From Mayamaea pseudoterrestris (lineage: Eukaryota): a stretch of 64,000 nucleotides of DNA. The stretch's first letter is position 1. Each line of letters begins with the position of its first letter. The notes under the pieces were generated by a model. That model did not search any database. It saw only the letters and a list, made by a program, of their open reading frames with translations, and was not told where the DNA came from. Positions 21,238-35,100 of the stretch are shown here, in pieces. The stretch covers positions 372,001-436,000 of the forward strand of contig BROI01000020.1 in assembly GCA_027923505.1 (NCBI GenBank). The letters are read 5' to 3'. Both the position numbers and the translations under genes were made by a program.

Positions 21238-24200
21238 ATGGTTGCGATTACTGCGGAAGCTTTGCAGCTTCTCTGCGTGAACGTTTTTGGACGAGACATC
21301 CAAGAAGCGTTCTTGTTTTGGAATGTAACCACCACTACACAGATGTTGAGATTGACCAAGGAGCAACTTGAAGCTCCCTACTGGGTTGAAAGATCCGCCA
21401 TTCCACCAGGCGAAGACCAACCTGGAGGCGCGCAACCCGACGATGCGCAGCCCGGCGACGAGCCGGCCGACGAACCGGCCGAGGAACAAGCAGCCGCCGC
21501 CCCAGTACGATACGAAACGAGACTAGCACCAGTCTACGTGAACCTTATCCTCAATGCATGCGAATGGTTTAACATGCACGACGGACCCCCGACCACCAAG
21601 AAGTGGGCGTTGCTTGATTTAGGCAAGCTCGAGCGATTCCAAGAGATACTCGCCGAACAAGAAATCGGTTGAAAGCGTGAAGAAGGATACTACGTCCTCG
21701 AGTCCAAGAAGAAGCAAGCCGAGCTACTTGCCAAGCAACTCGTAAATGAGAATATCAAGGCTGAGAAGGCCGAAAAGGAAGAAGATGCCAAGGGTCGTTT
21801 CTCGAACCTCAAGACGAAGCGAGATTACAAGGACTATAAAACGTTCCAACATCCCCATGCATGGTTGAGTTGGAGCGCGTCTACCAAGGCAATCGCCAAG
21901 CTCCATGGCTGTTCTAACGTGCTCGACAGCAAGTACGTACCAGTCACAGAAGAAGAGAAGGAAGAGTTCGAGAATCAGCAAATCTTCATGTACACTGCGT
22001 TTCGCAATTGTCTCGAAGTCCCTGGACACCAGTCGCTCCTAATGAAGCACGGTGACAAGTCCAACACTCAGAGCGTCTATCGCGAACTCGCGACCAAGTT
22101 TGGTTCTGGCGAGTTAGCTACCATCCAAGCAAACAAACTGCAAGCCAAGCTTGCGACGATTCGCCTAGATTTGACCTGGACGAAGGGACACTACAAGTTC
22201 CTAAACTACATCGAACAGCTCATGAAGAATCTCGAAGAGTTCCGTCCTGGAGTGATGGATGACAAGAAGAAGTACTACTGGCTCCGAGCTGCAGTGGAGG
22301 GCGACGAAGAATTCGGTCCCACGTGCACGACATTTGACCAGCACTTGACATTTGAATGACGATGCATCATCAATGCAAACGGTGACCCAGATGCCGTCTT
22401 AATGGAAGATTATGACTATCTTTTCGACATGTTGTCGCAGCAGGCCCTGCGCGTTGACAACAAGAACGCCAAGCTGAACAAGGGCAAGAAGAACGCCGAC
22501 CGCCAAGCGAACAACGCGAACACTTCCGGGCAAGGACGTGGTAATGGGCACAGTTCCGGCCATGGTGGAGGACGCGGCGGCCAAGGCGGACGCGGCGGTG
22601 GACGAGACGGTGGACGTGGCTCCCAATCGGGCCGCGGTTCCGGAGGACGAGGCTCTTCCGCGCCACTACCAGCAGCTGGGACGCAAGCGCATCGGGAACG
22701 ATTCCCTGGTGATTATCTGAACTTTGAACAGTTGTTGCAGGCCCCCTGGTCGTACATGTCGTACGAACGACTCGGCCGACTTAACGAGGACGAATACGCT
22801 CAGCTCATGGCTCGACGCGAAGCCATCCCAAGACCCGCCACAACAAGACGCGTGAACAATGGGAACCGCGCGAATAACCAGCAGTCACAAGCGGCTGCTT
22901 CGGTGCCTGGTACAATCTTGTATCAGAATGATGCTGTCTCGATTGCCCCGACGACAGCCACTCAAGGTGCACCGGATGACATGATTAGATCTTTCCTTGC
23001 GAACGCCGCGTCGTCTCGCACTCAAGCTGCGAATAACACCCAGCAAGAGTTTATGGAGGCGGCCGCTCGGTACCGCGCAATGGTATCGGTGCGCTACACT
23101 GTGAATTGAGCTCGCAGCAACGAGACCCGCCAAGGATCGCTGATTGACGGCGGTGCGAACGGTGGACTCGCTGGAAGCGATATGAGAATCTTGAGTACTA
23201 CCAACCACACGTGTAACGTGACAGGTTTGAGCGACCACACGGTTCGCGACCTCCAAGTCGGAACTGGCGTCGCATTGATTGAGACTCGGACTGGACCCAT
23301 TATCGGTCAGTTCAACCAGTATGCTTTGTACGACGGTGCTGAATCCATTCATGCTCCATCGCAGCTTCGTTCGTTCGGCCATCTGATCGACGACGTCGCT
23401 CGCTCCCAGAATGGAGCACAAGCCATTGTCACCAGTTGTGGCAAGACCATCCCCTTGGCGATCCGTGACGGCTTGCCTCGTATGGATATGCGTCCACCGA
23501 CGGACGCAGAGTTGGAAATGTATCCGACGGTCATTTTCTCTGCGGACACCCTTTGGGATCCGGCGGAGTTGGATAATGAATGGAACGAAGAAGAACTTGA
23601 GTTTAATCGTCGCTTCGACGAATTGGAAGAAAACCACGGTTTCGTCGACGCCCGCATGGATGACTTCGGCGACGCCACCTACCGGAACAACATGAACTCA
23701 GTGGAACGTGTGGTGCAGTATGTCGATCGCAATCAGGCTGATACGACGCGCCAAGCCAATGCACGACGCATCATGCCACAAGAACCTGACTACCAAGCGC
23801 TTCGACCCTACCTTGGCTACTCGCCACTTGAACGAGTCAAGCGCACAATTAAGAATATGACACAGCTTTTCCGTGCATCGGCACACACCCCATTTCGCCA
23901 ACATTTTAAGTCGCGATTCCCTGCCGCCAATGTGGCTCGTTTCCATGACAATACGGCGACAGATACCTGGTTTTCCAAGGAAGCCACCTTTAACGACGGA
24001 ATCCGCGGTCATGGCGGATGCAAGATGATGCAACTATTCGTCGGCAAGAAGAGTCTGCTGACGAGGGGATACCCACTGAGAACCGAGAGTGACATGCCCA
24101 TGGCGCTCGAAGACTTCATTCGAGACATTGGCGCTCCCAACTTGCTCATTAGCGATAACTCGCGAGTGCAGCTCGGGAAGCAAGTTGAAACCTTGTTGCG

Positions 24201-26913
24201 ATTCTACGCGATTCGTGACCAACAGAGCGAGCCCGGATACCAGAACCAGAACCCTGCCGAGCGTCGCATCCAAGAAGTCAAGTCATCAGTCCAGAACATC
24301 ATGAACCGTACGGGCGCACCCGCTGGAGCCTGCCCCTATGCGCTGTACGTAATCGCCTTATTCAACAATCTGGCGACCGAGTCCCTCAACTGGAAGACCC
24401 CTACTGAAGCCGCCTTCAACCGAGTACCCGACATTTCGCCGTTCCTGCAGTTCAAGTTCTGGGAATGAGTCCTGTACGAAGCTGGAGCCGATGAGCCGCC
24501 GACATTTCCTCACACCAAGGAAGCAGCAGGACGCTGGGTCGGCATTGCAGAGAACAAGGGTGACATCCTCACGTACCAAGTTCGATCCGATCGGACTGGA
24601 ATGGTTGTTGTCCGATCCAACGTTCGTCCCTTCTCCGAAGGACGTAACCTACGCGCTGAAGCTGAAAGCGCTCCTGAACCCCAGTCCAGTCCGAACGACC
24701 ATTGTTCGCGGAACCTATCTTCGACGCGCGCCCCGCGCGTGAACGAGTCCAAGTCAAAACTGTCGACAAGTTTGACGATGAGTATGACCTAGCCGGTCCG
24801 GTGTTTGAACACGACCTTACACCGACCCCAGCGCCTGATTCTGGGGGAACCGTGGATGAAGACGCATTCACGTTTGAAAGCGCTGCCGAGTTAGCTGGTT
24901 TGGATCCCAACGGACCCATGCCGTCTTTTACTCCAGCTGAACTGATGGGACGCACTGTCCTTCTTGACGAGGAAGACGGCTCCACGCGACGTTACAAGGT
25001 TATCAAGCAACTGAATGATTGCGATGAAGCCAACCACAAGCAAGATTCACCGGTTGGACGGCGACGGTTATCACAACAACAAGCCGCCACCCTGGCGCAA
25101 GATTCTTTACGACCGGGGACGATGACAACGATGACCAGGTACTACAAGTTTGATTTTATTGATGGACATGAAGGTCCACCGCACAAGCCGACGCACTACG
25201 ACGCGGCTCATCCTACAACTTGCACCACTCGCAAATGGCGAGAAGACCTGGGAGCCACTCGCATTGATTATCAAGTCCGACCCTGTTACCGTTGCCGAGT
25301 ACGGCAAGCACAAGGGTATGCTGGACAAGGATGGATGGAAGCGCTTGAGGCGCATGGCAGGACGCACTAAACTGTTTAACCGCATGTGCAAGGCTGCAAA
25401 GAAGAACCATGTCCAAGAAGCGCGTTTCAAGTTTGGCGTTCAAGTTCCTAATACCTGGAAGGAAGCAAACCGCCTCGACGCTGCTAATGGAAACACCCTG
25501 TGGGCTGACGCCGTCAAGACTGAGATCACTTTCATCGACAAGGGCATCGGTGCCTTCATGGAAAGTGACTGGAAGCGCATCAAGGCGCATCTTGTTTTCG
25601 ACTGCAAGAACGATCTACGACGTAAGGCCCGACTCGTCGCCAGGGGACATTGACCGCTCCGCCCAAGGACTCCGCCTACTCCGGCGTTGTTGTGCACTTC
25701 TGGCGCGCGTTGGCATGAGCACTTTGCCGACACACTCCGCGACATTGGATTCTACCCAAGCTACGCGGACCCTGACGTCTGGATGAAAGACTGTGGCACT
25801 CACTACGAGTACGTCGGCGTGTTCGTCGACGATCTGGCTATGGCCATGAAAGATCCACAAGCCTTCACAGACCTCCTCAAGGACAAGTACAAGTACAAAT
25901 TGAAGGGTGTCGGCGACATCAAGCATCACCTTGGAGCCGACTTCTATCGTGACCCCGATGGAACCCTCTGTATGAGCGCGAAGACCTACGTCGGTCGCAT
26001 GCTCAAGAACTACGAAACCATGTTTGGTGAGAAACCACGCAAGCGCAAGTCACCGCTTGATGACGGGGACCACCCCGAACTTGACCTTACCAAAGAGCTG
26101 GATGCTCGTGGCATTCAACAGTACCAGTCTCTTATCGGTGCCCTCCAGTGGGCAGTGACCCTATGTCGACTTGACATTCATTGTGCCGTGATGACACTTG
26201 GCCGATTCCGCTGCGCCCCGCGCCGTGGACACCTGGACCGAGCCAAGCGAGTCTGCGGTTATCTAGCTGAGTACCCTGATGCGGCGATTCGTTTCCGGAC
26301 GAAGATCGTCGATCACGGGGAACCTACCAAGTATGATTGGTTGCAATCAGTCTACGGCAACTCAAGCGAAGAGCTTCCGTGGAATATGCCGATCCCGAAG
26401 GGCAAGCCTGTGCAACTAACCACCTTTATGGACGCGAACCTGTACCATGATTACACTACTGGACGTTCCGCAATGGGAGTCCTGCATTTCCTGAACCAGA
26501 CGCCCGTCGAATGGTTCTGCAAGCGTCAGAATACTGTCGAGACTGCAACGTAGGGATCCGAGTTCGTCTTCGCCAAGACCGCGACGGAACAGATTATGGA
26601 TTTCCGATACTCCCTACGCATGTTGGGAGTTCCTTTGAGTGGACCAGCCTGGATGTTCGGCGACAACAAAAGTGTCAAGAAGTCGTCAACGATCCCGCAC
26701 TCCACACTTTCTAAGCGACACAATGCGCTCGCCTACCACCGAGTTCGCGAGGCCATTGCAAGCAATGTTTTGTACTTTGAGCACATCTTCGGCAAGCAGA
26801 ACGTCGCTGACGTTCTTACCAAGTTCTTGCCGCACGCCACATTCCGCCCGTTGATCATTCCGATTCTTTTCTGGAAGGGTGATATGGCAAACCGGTCGTT
26901 GTCACAAGCCTAG
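21238..26913 (+). pseudogene. gag-pol: Element C gag-pol, disrupted by stops, frameshifts and an RT deletion
   Basis: LIDGGANGG protease; integrase ATDTW / ISDNS / QNPAERRIQ; FVDD RT; MDAN...KRHNALAYHRVRE RNase H; in-frame stops at ~21670, 22357, 23107, 24466, 26551. Confidence 0.92.
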
Positions 26914-26924
26914 ATCAAGGGGGA

Positions 26925-27253
26925 TGACACAATATTATTGAGTTGAGTTGACCTGCGTCTCATGACAAGACGGTTAGCTACCTGTGTTTTGTATGCATTT
27001 AATCCTGTGCAGGGTTGAGTCACACTTGTGACCGAATCCACACATACATGAGTGAAATCGCTGACGATCGAGGCGTGAACCTTGACCGTGAACCCAGTGA
27101 GAACGAGAAAGAAGCGCACGAGTAGAGTAGCGAGTAACATGCACTATTCTAGCAATTGAGTTTGTTTGTTTGCTTTACGCTGGACGAAGAGGTTGATCGC
27201 TCCTAGTCCATTGTAGTCGCTGGAATAAAGGTTCGTCTGATATTATCGTGTCA
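26925..27253 (+). repeat. 3' LTR of element C
   Basis: Direct repeat of 20690-21018. Confidence 0.95.
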
Positions 27254-30200
27254 CTGCGACGATTAGTGCCTTCCGTCGTAAATCGTGCTTGACATCAAAT
27301 ATCATGTGCACGTTTATTTGTTTCCACGGCGCCGGCATAACCTTACCGACTCCTTGATCTGCGAACGTGTTGTAATCATTAATCTGATTTAATTCCGTTC
27401 GAATCGCATCCGTCCACAGCGTATTGCTGTTGATCTCGTCGAGAGCTTTCGCATCTTCATAATTGCGCGGCAACCTTACGCCAAATTTGTAACGTACGCC
27501 GTTTGCTTTCGATTTTCGTTCACTGCTGTCACCATCTGTCAAAACTTCTTTCGTTTCCGAGTGTAATGTTCCAGCTGCTTCCATCCTGGCTTGTCAAGTA
27601 AGCCATGCTTGAGTCCATACTCTGCGATCGTTATTGGGGCATCCTTCTTCATGATCGCGAGAGGCTCCCACGTCGTCGTTCCGTCAGTCCATTCGACAAG
27701 AACGTTACTTGAACTTCCTTTGTATGTCGGATCGTTTGGTTTCAAATTAAGCTCGTGTCCGATTACCTTCATGAATACCCACTGAGTCGCCGGATCGTTT
27801 TGTATATCTTTGTCCATCTGTCGTTCGATTAAATCTGACAGTTTGTTGTAACTTATTAAGTCCTTCACTGGCTCCTCACCCATCTGGATCAGGAAAACTT
27901 TTGTTGTTTCGAGTAGTTCATTATCGCGTACTTTGATATATTCGCATACAGTTGCTCCCATTTTCTGACTGTTTTCGTGTTCCCTTACGAACGTGCATCC
28001 GATGAGTTCGCTTGGAGAGAACAGAGGGCATTTATTCCCTGATTCTTGCTCAGCCCTTCTAAAGAACTTCGCTGGTACGTTGGCGTGGTTTGCCACTGGA
28101 ATCATTTCGTCGTCGTTTCCTTCGTAGTTGTCGTGACTACTTTCTGTCGCATTCATGCTATGGTAGCATCCTGTCGCAAGATCTGGTGTTTCAAAATTTT
28201 GTTTGCTTGCGCTCGTTGCTTTTTCAGAAATCTCCCCTCCAGACTCAGGGAAGGAAGGCAACTCTTGTGGTAACAAGTAGCTGCGCGAGACCACGTTGGA
28301 GCACGGAATCGCCTGAAGCGTGTCGTCCGTCAGAACAAGAAAAGTCATGTGCGGACTGCTATTCTCTGCGATGCCCACGAATCGGCTGTTGCCAGATCGT
28401 ACTGCCAAGGGAAAACTCCCCTGCGCCTCAAACGTGACCGGTTCCCACCACTTGAAATGTAACAAAGGCAAAATATCCAGCAGATTTCCGAACGCAACTT
28501 CCGTTGGAGTGCGCCATCCCAGCGATTTCATTGTGAGGACGTTCAGAATCATGATTACAAATTTAATCAGCAAAACCCAGCAATGGCCTGGCAAACCTGA
28601 ATCTTGTTGGAGGTTCTCCATCATTGGCTTAATGTGCGACGTGTGGCGTTTGCATGGATTTTGTTCTGGATGACCTGGTTCTGTGGTCACTTGAGGAATA
28701 TTGTACATACGACAGAGATCCCTCACGGCTTTGCCAGTCTCAGAATTGGCATTATCACTGAGCAGTCCGTTAGGAGCGCCCACTTCGCGGATAAAATCCT
28801 CTAACGCGTTTGACATTTCACTCTCCGACTTCATCGGGTAGCCGCGCGTGTAAAAACTTTCTCGTCCAACAAAGAGCTGCATCTTAGTAGCTCCCCCATG
28901 CCCTAGAATGCCATCATCCAAAGCTGGCGTGTCAGAGTGTATCGTGTCCGTGGCGAATAGTTTGCGCAACCGCTGAACATTCGCGGCCAGAAATTGTGAT
29001 TTTGTGAGGTGTCAAAATAGTTATCGCGGATGTTCGCTGAGATGATACCATGCCTCAGTGTGACGTAAAGTCTGTTGAACTTGCTCAGTCGGAACCCATC
29101 CAAGGTACGGCCAAAGAGCAGTATAGTCCGGTTCCTTGCTTTGTAGCTTCCGCAAATTAACGCGTGAAAACTGAGTGTGTTGCACGCACCGATTGATCAG
29201 TATGTTGAGTTCATCGCCATGTCGTGTGGGCGTGTGATGATTGCGGTGCGTGATACCATCATTGTCGAATCGTTCGTCAAAAGATCCATAATCGTGGTTG
29301 CGTTCATTGAAATTGTCATGCGCGTGCTTGACATCGTAAACGGTCGGGTCCCACGGCACGTCCGACGTCATTGTGACAGTCGGATACTTATCCAAATCAT
29401 CGAACGTGGGTTTCGTCATGTCCAAGTACACTAAGCCATCGCAAATTGCCAATGACAAAACGTAGCCTGCAATGTTCATCGTAATTTGTTGCGTTACGCC
29501 AAACATGGTTGGAATATTGTCGACTCGACGTCCCATTGCGCGCAATTGATTCGGGCAATGAATCGTTGGTCCATCTCGCTTTAAAGCATACTGGTGACAC
29601 ATCAGAAGAATGGTCTCGCCACTAAGGGTCTTAGCCAGTCCAGCTGCAGTGCCAATCTTGAGAGCTGGGACAATATGATCGTCAATACCAGTCACATCCA
29701 CCTTGGCGTTTGTTTCTGAAATGATGAGCATGTCTCCTCCGCATAAGCCTCCGTTCGCACCATTATCAATGAGCGCGCCTTCGTTGATCCGCTCGTAGTG
29801 TGCGCGATTGACGCGCATACGACGATGCATGTTGAAGCTGAAAGTAACTCGTCTGGTGTTATCAGTCGTCAACGATCTGCTGAGTTGTAGTACTCACATT
29901 ATTCGCTTGCAGAACCGATCGTGCAGCCATTTGGACTGACATTCCACTATTGCCTGGCTGAATATTAATTGTGCCAGGAACACTTGCGTGATCGTTCGCT
30001 ACAGATTCCGTTGCGTGACACTCTTGGTGCGCCGCGTTGACTTGCGTCTGCGTCGTAGTCGTGCCTTATTGGTTGTGCGACCGGCATCCGTTTTTGGGTG
30101 TCTTCGGCGCCGTCGCATGCTTGTCCTTCAACTGCTTTCACTGATCGAACTTCATCTCCAACCAGCTTCATCCTTCACGCTCGCGTGAGGTTTCTTCATG

Positions 30201-31385
30201 ATCGCTGCAAATTGTTCCGCCGATAAGCTGCTTGGAGTCGCACTGCCATTGCCGCCGCCTCCTTTTGTTCCACTAGACTGCGCTTGATTGATTGTGCACT
30301 TAGTTTTCACCGTTGAGGGGTGCTTCTTGTCATACTTTATGCAACACTCTTCTAAGTGCGTATACAACTGTGCACAATTGTCTTCCAAGTCGTGTTGCCC
30401 CATGTGTTTCTTGATGGCAATTATTCCGTCAAAACCTGCTAGCGAAGCGCTGAATCCAGTGTGCTTGGAGAAAGCGTCGTGTAGCATGTTGTATCATTGT
30501 AAACCTGTCAGAGCTTCTGCGTCCATTTCGAGCAGCCAGATGACCTTCTTGTAGAACAGTGCAAGAAATTTGATCGTCAGCCTTGACCACTTTTCAGTCG
30601 GCCGCATTCCTTGCAGTTCCGTTCGCACGCGTTCCTTCTCGATGTGAGCAGTAGCGCCTTCTTCGAATCGCGTTCACAATCTTTGGTAGACTTCGCGTCC
30701 ATCCATCGTCTTCTTGAACTGCTGTACTGCGAGTGATGCAGACGGAGTTCGACAGTGCGTGAGAAAGATCCGGTACACAAACACATTCTTCTTTGCATAC
30801 GCCTTCTGTTCCTTTGGTTCCTTTTCCTTTGGGCCATAATCGTCATCAAATACTTCGTGGAAGTCGTGCAATGTCGCGATGACTTTCAATTTGGAAATCC
30901 ACTGTTTCCATGAGGAATCCAGCTTCATTTCTTTACAATCCTTCACCGAGAACTTGATAGACTTTGTAAATTGGTCTGAATACTTCTCGTCATCTTCGCC
31001 GTCGCCGAGGTCCAATACGGATGTCGGTGACTGCTTCGTGTCCACGTCCATGCTCATTGGTGGCTCCTTGTCGGCAGAATTGTCTTTCGACTCGTCGCCT
31101 TCGTTCGTTAGCGTGGAGTCCTTGGATTCGTCCTTCTTGGATTCTGTTTTGCCTGCTTTTGCTGGAGGTTTCACTCCGCTTTCGCTGCCCACGCTCGCAA
31201 TGTTGCACGCTTGGACTCGTTCCTTTGCTCGCGCTGTGACGAACGTTGCCAGCGTGTTGGTGGTCAGTTGCGACCATGTCTTGATGTCCGGTGACTCTTG
31301 CGCCAAAATACCATTCAATCGGGTTCATGATCGTGCGTTGTTACATCTTCGTTAGCGAACTGAACGCCTCTAAGTCAGAATCCAT
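27254..31385 (-). pseudogene. gag-pol: Element B gag (C-terminal part)-protease-integrase-start of RT, frameshifted
   Basis: LIDNGANGG protease, ATDT / LSDNA integrase, YKFGVRLP...HMIFDVKHDLRRKA start of RT. Confidence 0.92.
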
Positions 31386-31787
31386 GCTGGAAGCAACGAT
31401 ATTCACCTTGACCAGTGTTGGAGTACGGATAGCCTTCGGGTCAACACAATATTTCACCGCAATGCAGAATGTTGGTCGAGTTAAATCCTTTGTAGACGAC
31501 TTAATTATGGAACGGGGTACTGTAAGCATGAGAGTAGCCTTTGTGCTACGATCTGCTGAGGTTCAGCCCACGTTCCGAGATTTGTGCGACGACGGCATGT
31601 GTGTGCGCAAGCAGCATCATATACTCGTTCGTGGCCATCTCTCCCCCACCCCAACATCACAACACCAAACACAAACTTGGCTGTGTACCAAATTACACCG
31701 TCAGCACCACAACGCATGACTTGGCCCTCGGGGCCAATGAATGCACCAAACCAACAATGACCAGCCTTCGCTTGCAAAATGCAGCCC

Positions 31788-32136
31788 AAAGCTGGCCTTT
31801 TCCATTCCAGACGTTCAACCTCCAGGTTACTTTCTGACTTGGTAGATGTGACTATGAGCAACATGAGCCACTTTGCCAAACGCAACTTGGCCATCCACCC
31901 CACGTCCATGGCTTTCCTTCTTTTCATGACTTGGCTACACTGCCAACGAATGCAGTCCAAGGCTGGCCTTTTCCCTTCCAGACCTTCTACTTCCAGGTTA
32001 CTTTTGGAATCGGTAGATTTGACATGAGCTGCACGAGCCACTTTGCCAAACGCAACTTGGGCTGTGGCCATGTCAATTGTTAGCAGATAAGGCTGGCTTT
32101 TTCCTTTCCCGACTTTTATTACTTCTGGGTTACTTT
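31788..32136. repeat. Three degenerate direct repeats (GCTGGCCTTTT...TTCCAGGTTACTTT; CCACTTTGCCAAACGCAACTTGG)
   Basis: Units start near 31788, 31959 and 32089. Confidence 0.8.
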
Positions 32137-32139
32137 ATG

Positions 32140-35100
32140 ACGCGAATGACCAAGTTCGTGGAAGGGTGCCCATTTCACGGATGTACAGTACTTGCTCTGG
32201 CACCCACAAAGGAGCACATGAAATGATCTATTCTTGCACATTAATTATGTTAGTGACTGTTCAATGCCCCATGAATGGATGGCATGCACCATAACTGGCA
32301 CACTGGTCAGCTTTGTTGGCTACTTGTGGATGATACGGACTTAGGAATTTGCACGGCACACCTCATGAACCAGCACAGGTAGCAGCAGAAATGCAGCAGT
32401 CTCTCGACCATTGGGAAGGAGGACTCCGAGCCACGGGCGGTGCTATTGCTCCTGAGAAGACTTTCTGGTATCTCATGGCTTATAACTGGCACGCTGACGG
32501 CTCTTGGTCTCTCAAGCCAGAAGGTGAATGCCCAGCACAGCTCCAAGTTAAGGACATGCATGGCGTCACTCAGCCTATACAGCGCCATCCAACGAATCAT
32601 GCTGAGCAAACACTGGGGATCTATCTGGCGCCGGATGGTAGTGAGTTGAGGCAGGCGCAAGTTCTGTATGAGAAGTCCGTGGCATGGGCAAACAAGTTGT
32701 GAGCAAGCCATTTACCCCGTCATCTGGCCACAATAATTGACAAGTCTTTCTCGTATCCTTTGGTTGCCACGTGCCTCACTCGCAAGCAGTGCCAACGTAT
32801 CCAAGGGCCAGCAATGACAGCAGCTGCAATTGTCCGTAAGGTATTGGCAGTGACACACCCAATGCAGTCTGTACCGGTCCTGTCAAGTTGCAAGGTCTGG
32901 GCTTTCCGGATATGTATACCACCCAATTGTTCACCCACATCGAGGCACTGGCGTTTGCTTCAGAGCATCCATCACGCAACACATCACAACTACTCCACGT
33001 CAGCTCAGAGCAGTTGAAGCTGGAACTTGGTATCAATGGTCCCTTGTTTGACGAGGATATGTCTCGAGTCCATACAACAACTAAAAGTTGGATTCAATTT
33101 ACAGGCGAGTGCTGCTATGACCATTCTATCCAACTCCTGGATGATTTGCCTGTCTTCCAGCCATGGCGAGATGGAGACCCGCTCATTATGGAAGTGTTTC
33201 ACAATAATGCTGACTGGTCACCCTCTACATTGGGTATTCTGAACCGCTGTCGCATCTTTCTGCAATTGCTTTACCTTTCCGACATGGTGCACGCTGATGG
33301 CGCCTATATCACGGAGGCAGCATGGAATGGACAAATTGACAAGTCACGCGATACTCCTTACTCCTGGCCAGCACAAGGTCCTTTGTCAGATCGCTGCTGG
33401 GCACTCTGGAGAACAGCACTGCAGCATCACTGGTGTACTCGCAACCGGCAGTTACGTCACAGCTTGGGGGCGTGGGATGACACGGAGCCTACTACAAGAT
33501 TTTATTTTAGCCCAAGGCTTGATATTCTCATGGAGAAAGCTGCTACAGGCTGGTTTCAATATGGTTACAGTGGGACGGGATGCCGTCGTCGCGTTTGGGT
33601 ATTCCAAAAGCTATTGTGGGCAGTGCCGCGGCCACCGGACTTAGCTCGAGCATCCGTCCAAATGGTTAGCCCCATGCAGGTCTGATTCAACAGTTGGGGT
33701 GCTTCCATGGCTGCTACTTCTACTCCATCACTGTCTGTTCTGGCATCCATGCGTGTTTACCTTCCTGAGCCATCTCGCTGGATTCTCGACCATGTTTCTC
33801 TGCCGCCAGATGAAGGGGCTGCAATTGTCACGGCACTCCAGAATGGTTCGGCTGTCGCAGTAAGTGATGGGTCCTACGAGCCCACGTTGCAAACTGGAGC
33901 TGCAGCCACTACCATCCAAGGTGCCAACACCACAAATGCTATCTTTGCCAGCTGCCTAGCTCCTGGCCAACCTGCAGACCAAAGTGCTTACCGGAGTGTA
34001 CTGATTGGCTTGTACCAAACCATAGTCCTTGTGCACCTGCTCTGCCGACATTATAACGTGACAGAAGGCTCCCTTGAGCTTGCATGCAATGGCCTCTCAG
34101 CCCTCAAACAAGCTAGCAAGGTTCAATCACAGACACCATTAAGCCAGTCACATTTTGATATCATTTCTGCCTGTAAGCGCCTGATGCGTGAAACTCCCAT
34201 TCAATGGAAAACACGGCATGTCCTTGGTCACCAGCACGAACGAGGTGGTTGGGAAGGCGCGCAACTTGTGGGTCCCCTGGATCGCTGGGCCACTCTGATT
34301 GACTCCATGGATGAGGCTGCCAAGCTTCACCGCGTTCAGTTTGCGGATCACTCCACGGATCCCATGCCTCAGTTTCTCTATAAGGAAATAATTTCTATTT
34401 GCATCAATGGCATCAAACTGTGCAAGGAAGTGCAGTCTGCTATACGCGAGCAAGTGAATGGGCCACCCCTCCTGAATTATTGGCGCAGCAAGGGCAAATT
34501 TGGTGACTCCACGGATGCAAATGTGGATTGGCAAGCTTCTTTCAAAGCTAAAGTCTGCCACTGGGACGCCAACAACACCAGACCAAAATGATCTCCAAAT
34601 TTGTGGCAGTCCGCCACCGCACCAAATTACGGAACCATTCCCAGGAAGACACTTGCCCATCATGCCTGCAACTCCCTTCACCAGTCCAGGTCATAGAAAC
34701 GGTGGACCATTTGTATATCTGTCCAGGAGCTGACACCCTCTGGACTGAGTGCATGGAAGAATTGGACAGCAAGCTCATTCACCTTGGCACACTTGGCCCA
34801 TTCGCATTGCAATTGTGGAGGGCCTCAAAGCATGGCATTCTAGCTCTGCTCCACCAGTTCATACAACTGCACCAATCCAAGCTTTGATCACAGCACAGAA
34901 TCACCTAGGGTGGCACGCAGCCTTTGAGGGGCGCTTTGCCATTGGATGGGCAGCAGCTCAGGAACATTACTACCGCCGCTCCAATGCTAAACCGTATCAC
35001 AATGGGAGGCGCTGGCTATCTCAAATTATCATCAAACTATTTGAAATATCTTGGGATATGTGGTCACAGCGCAACAACGCTCTCCACCAACGGGAAACTG

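Larger units (their letters stand above)
20690..27253 (+). mobile_element. Ty1/Copia element C (CoDi-like), 6564 bp, nested antisense in element B
   Basis: 329-bp LTRs (20690-21018, 26925-27253) with TGACA...TGTCA ends and 4 differences; PPT AAGGGGGA 26917-26924; no TSD (AGCCG vs CTGCG). Confidence 0.95.
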
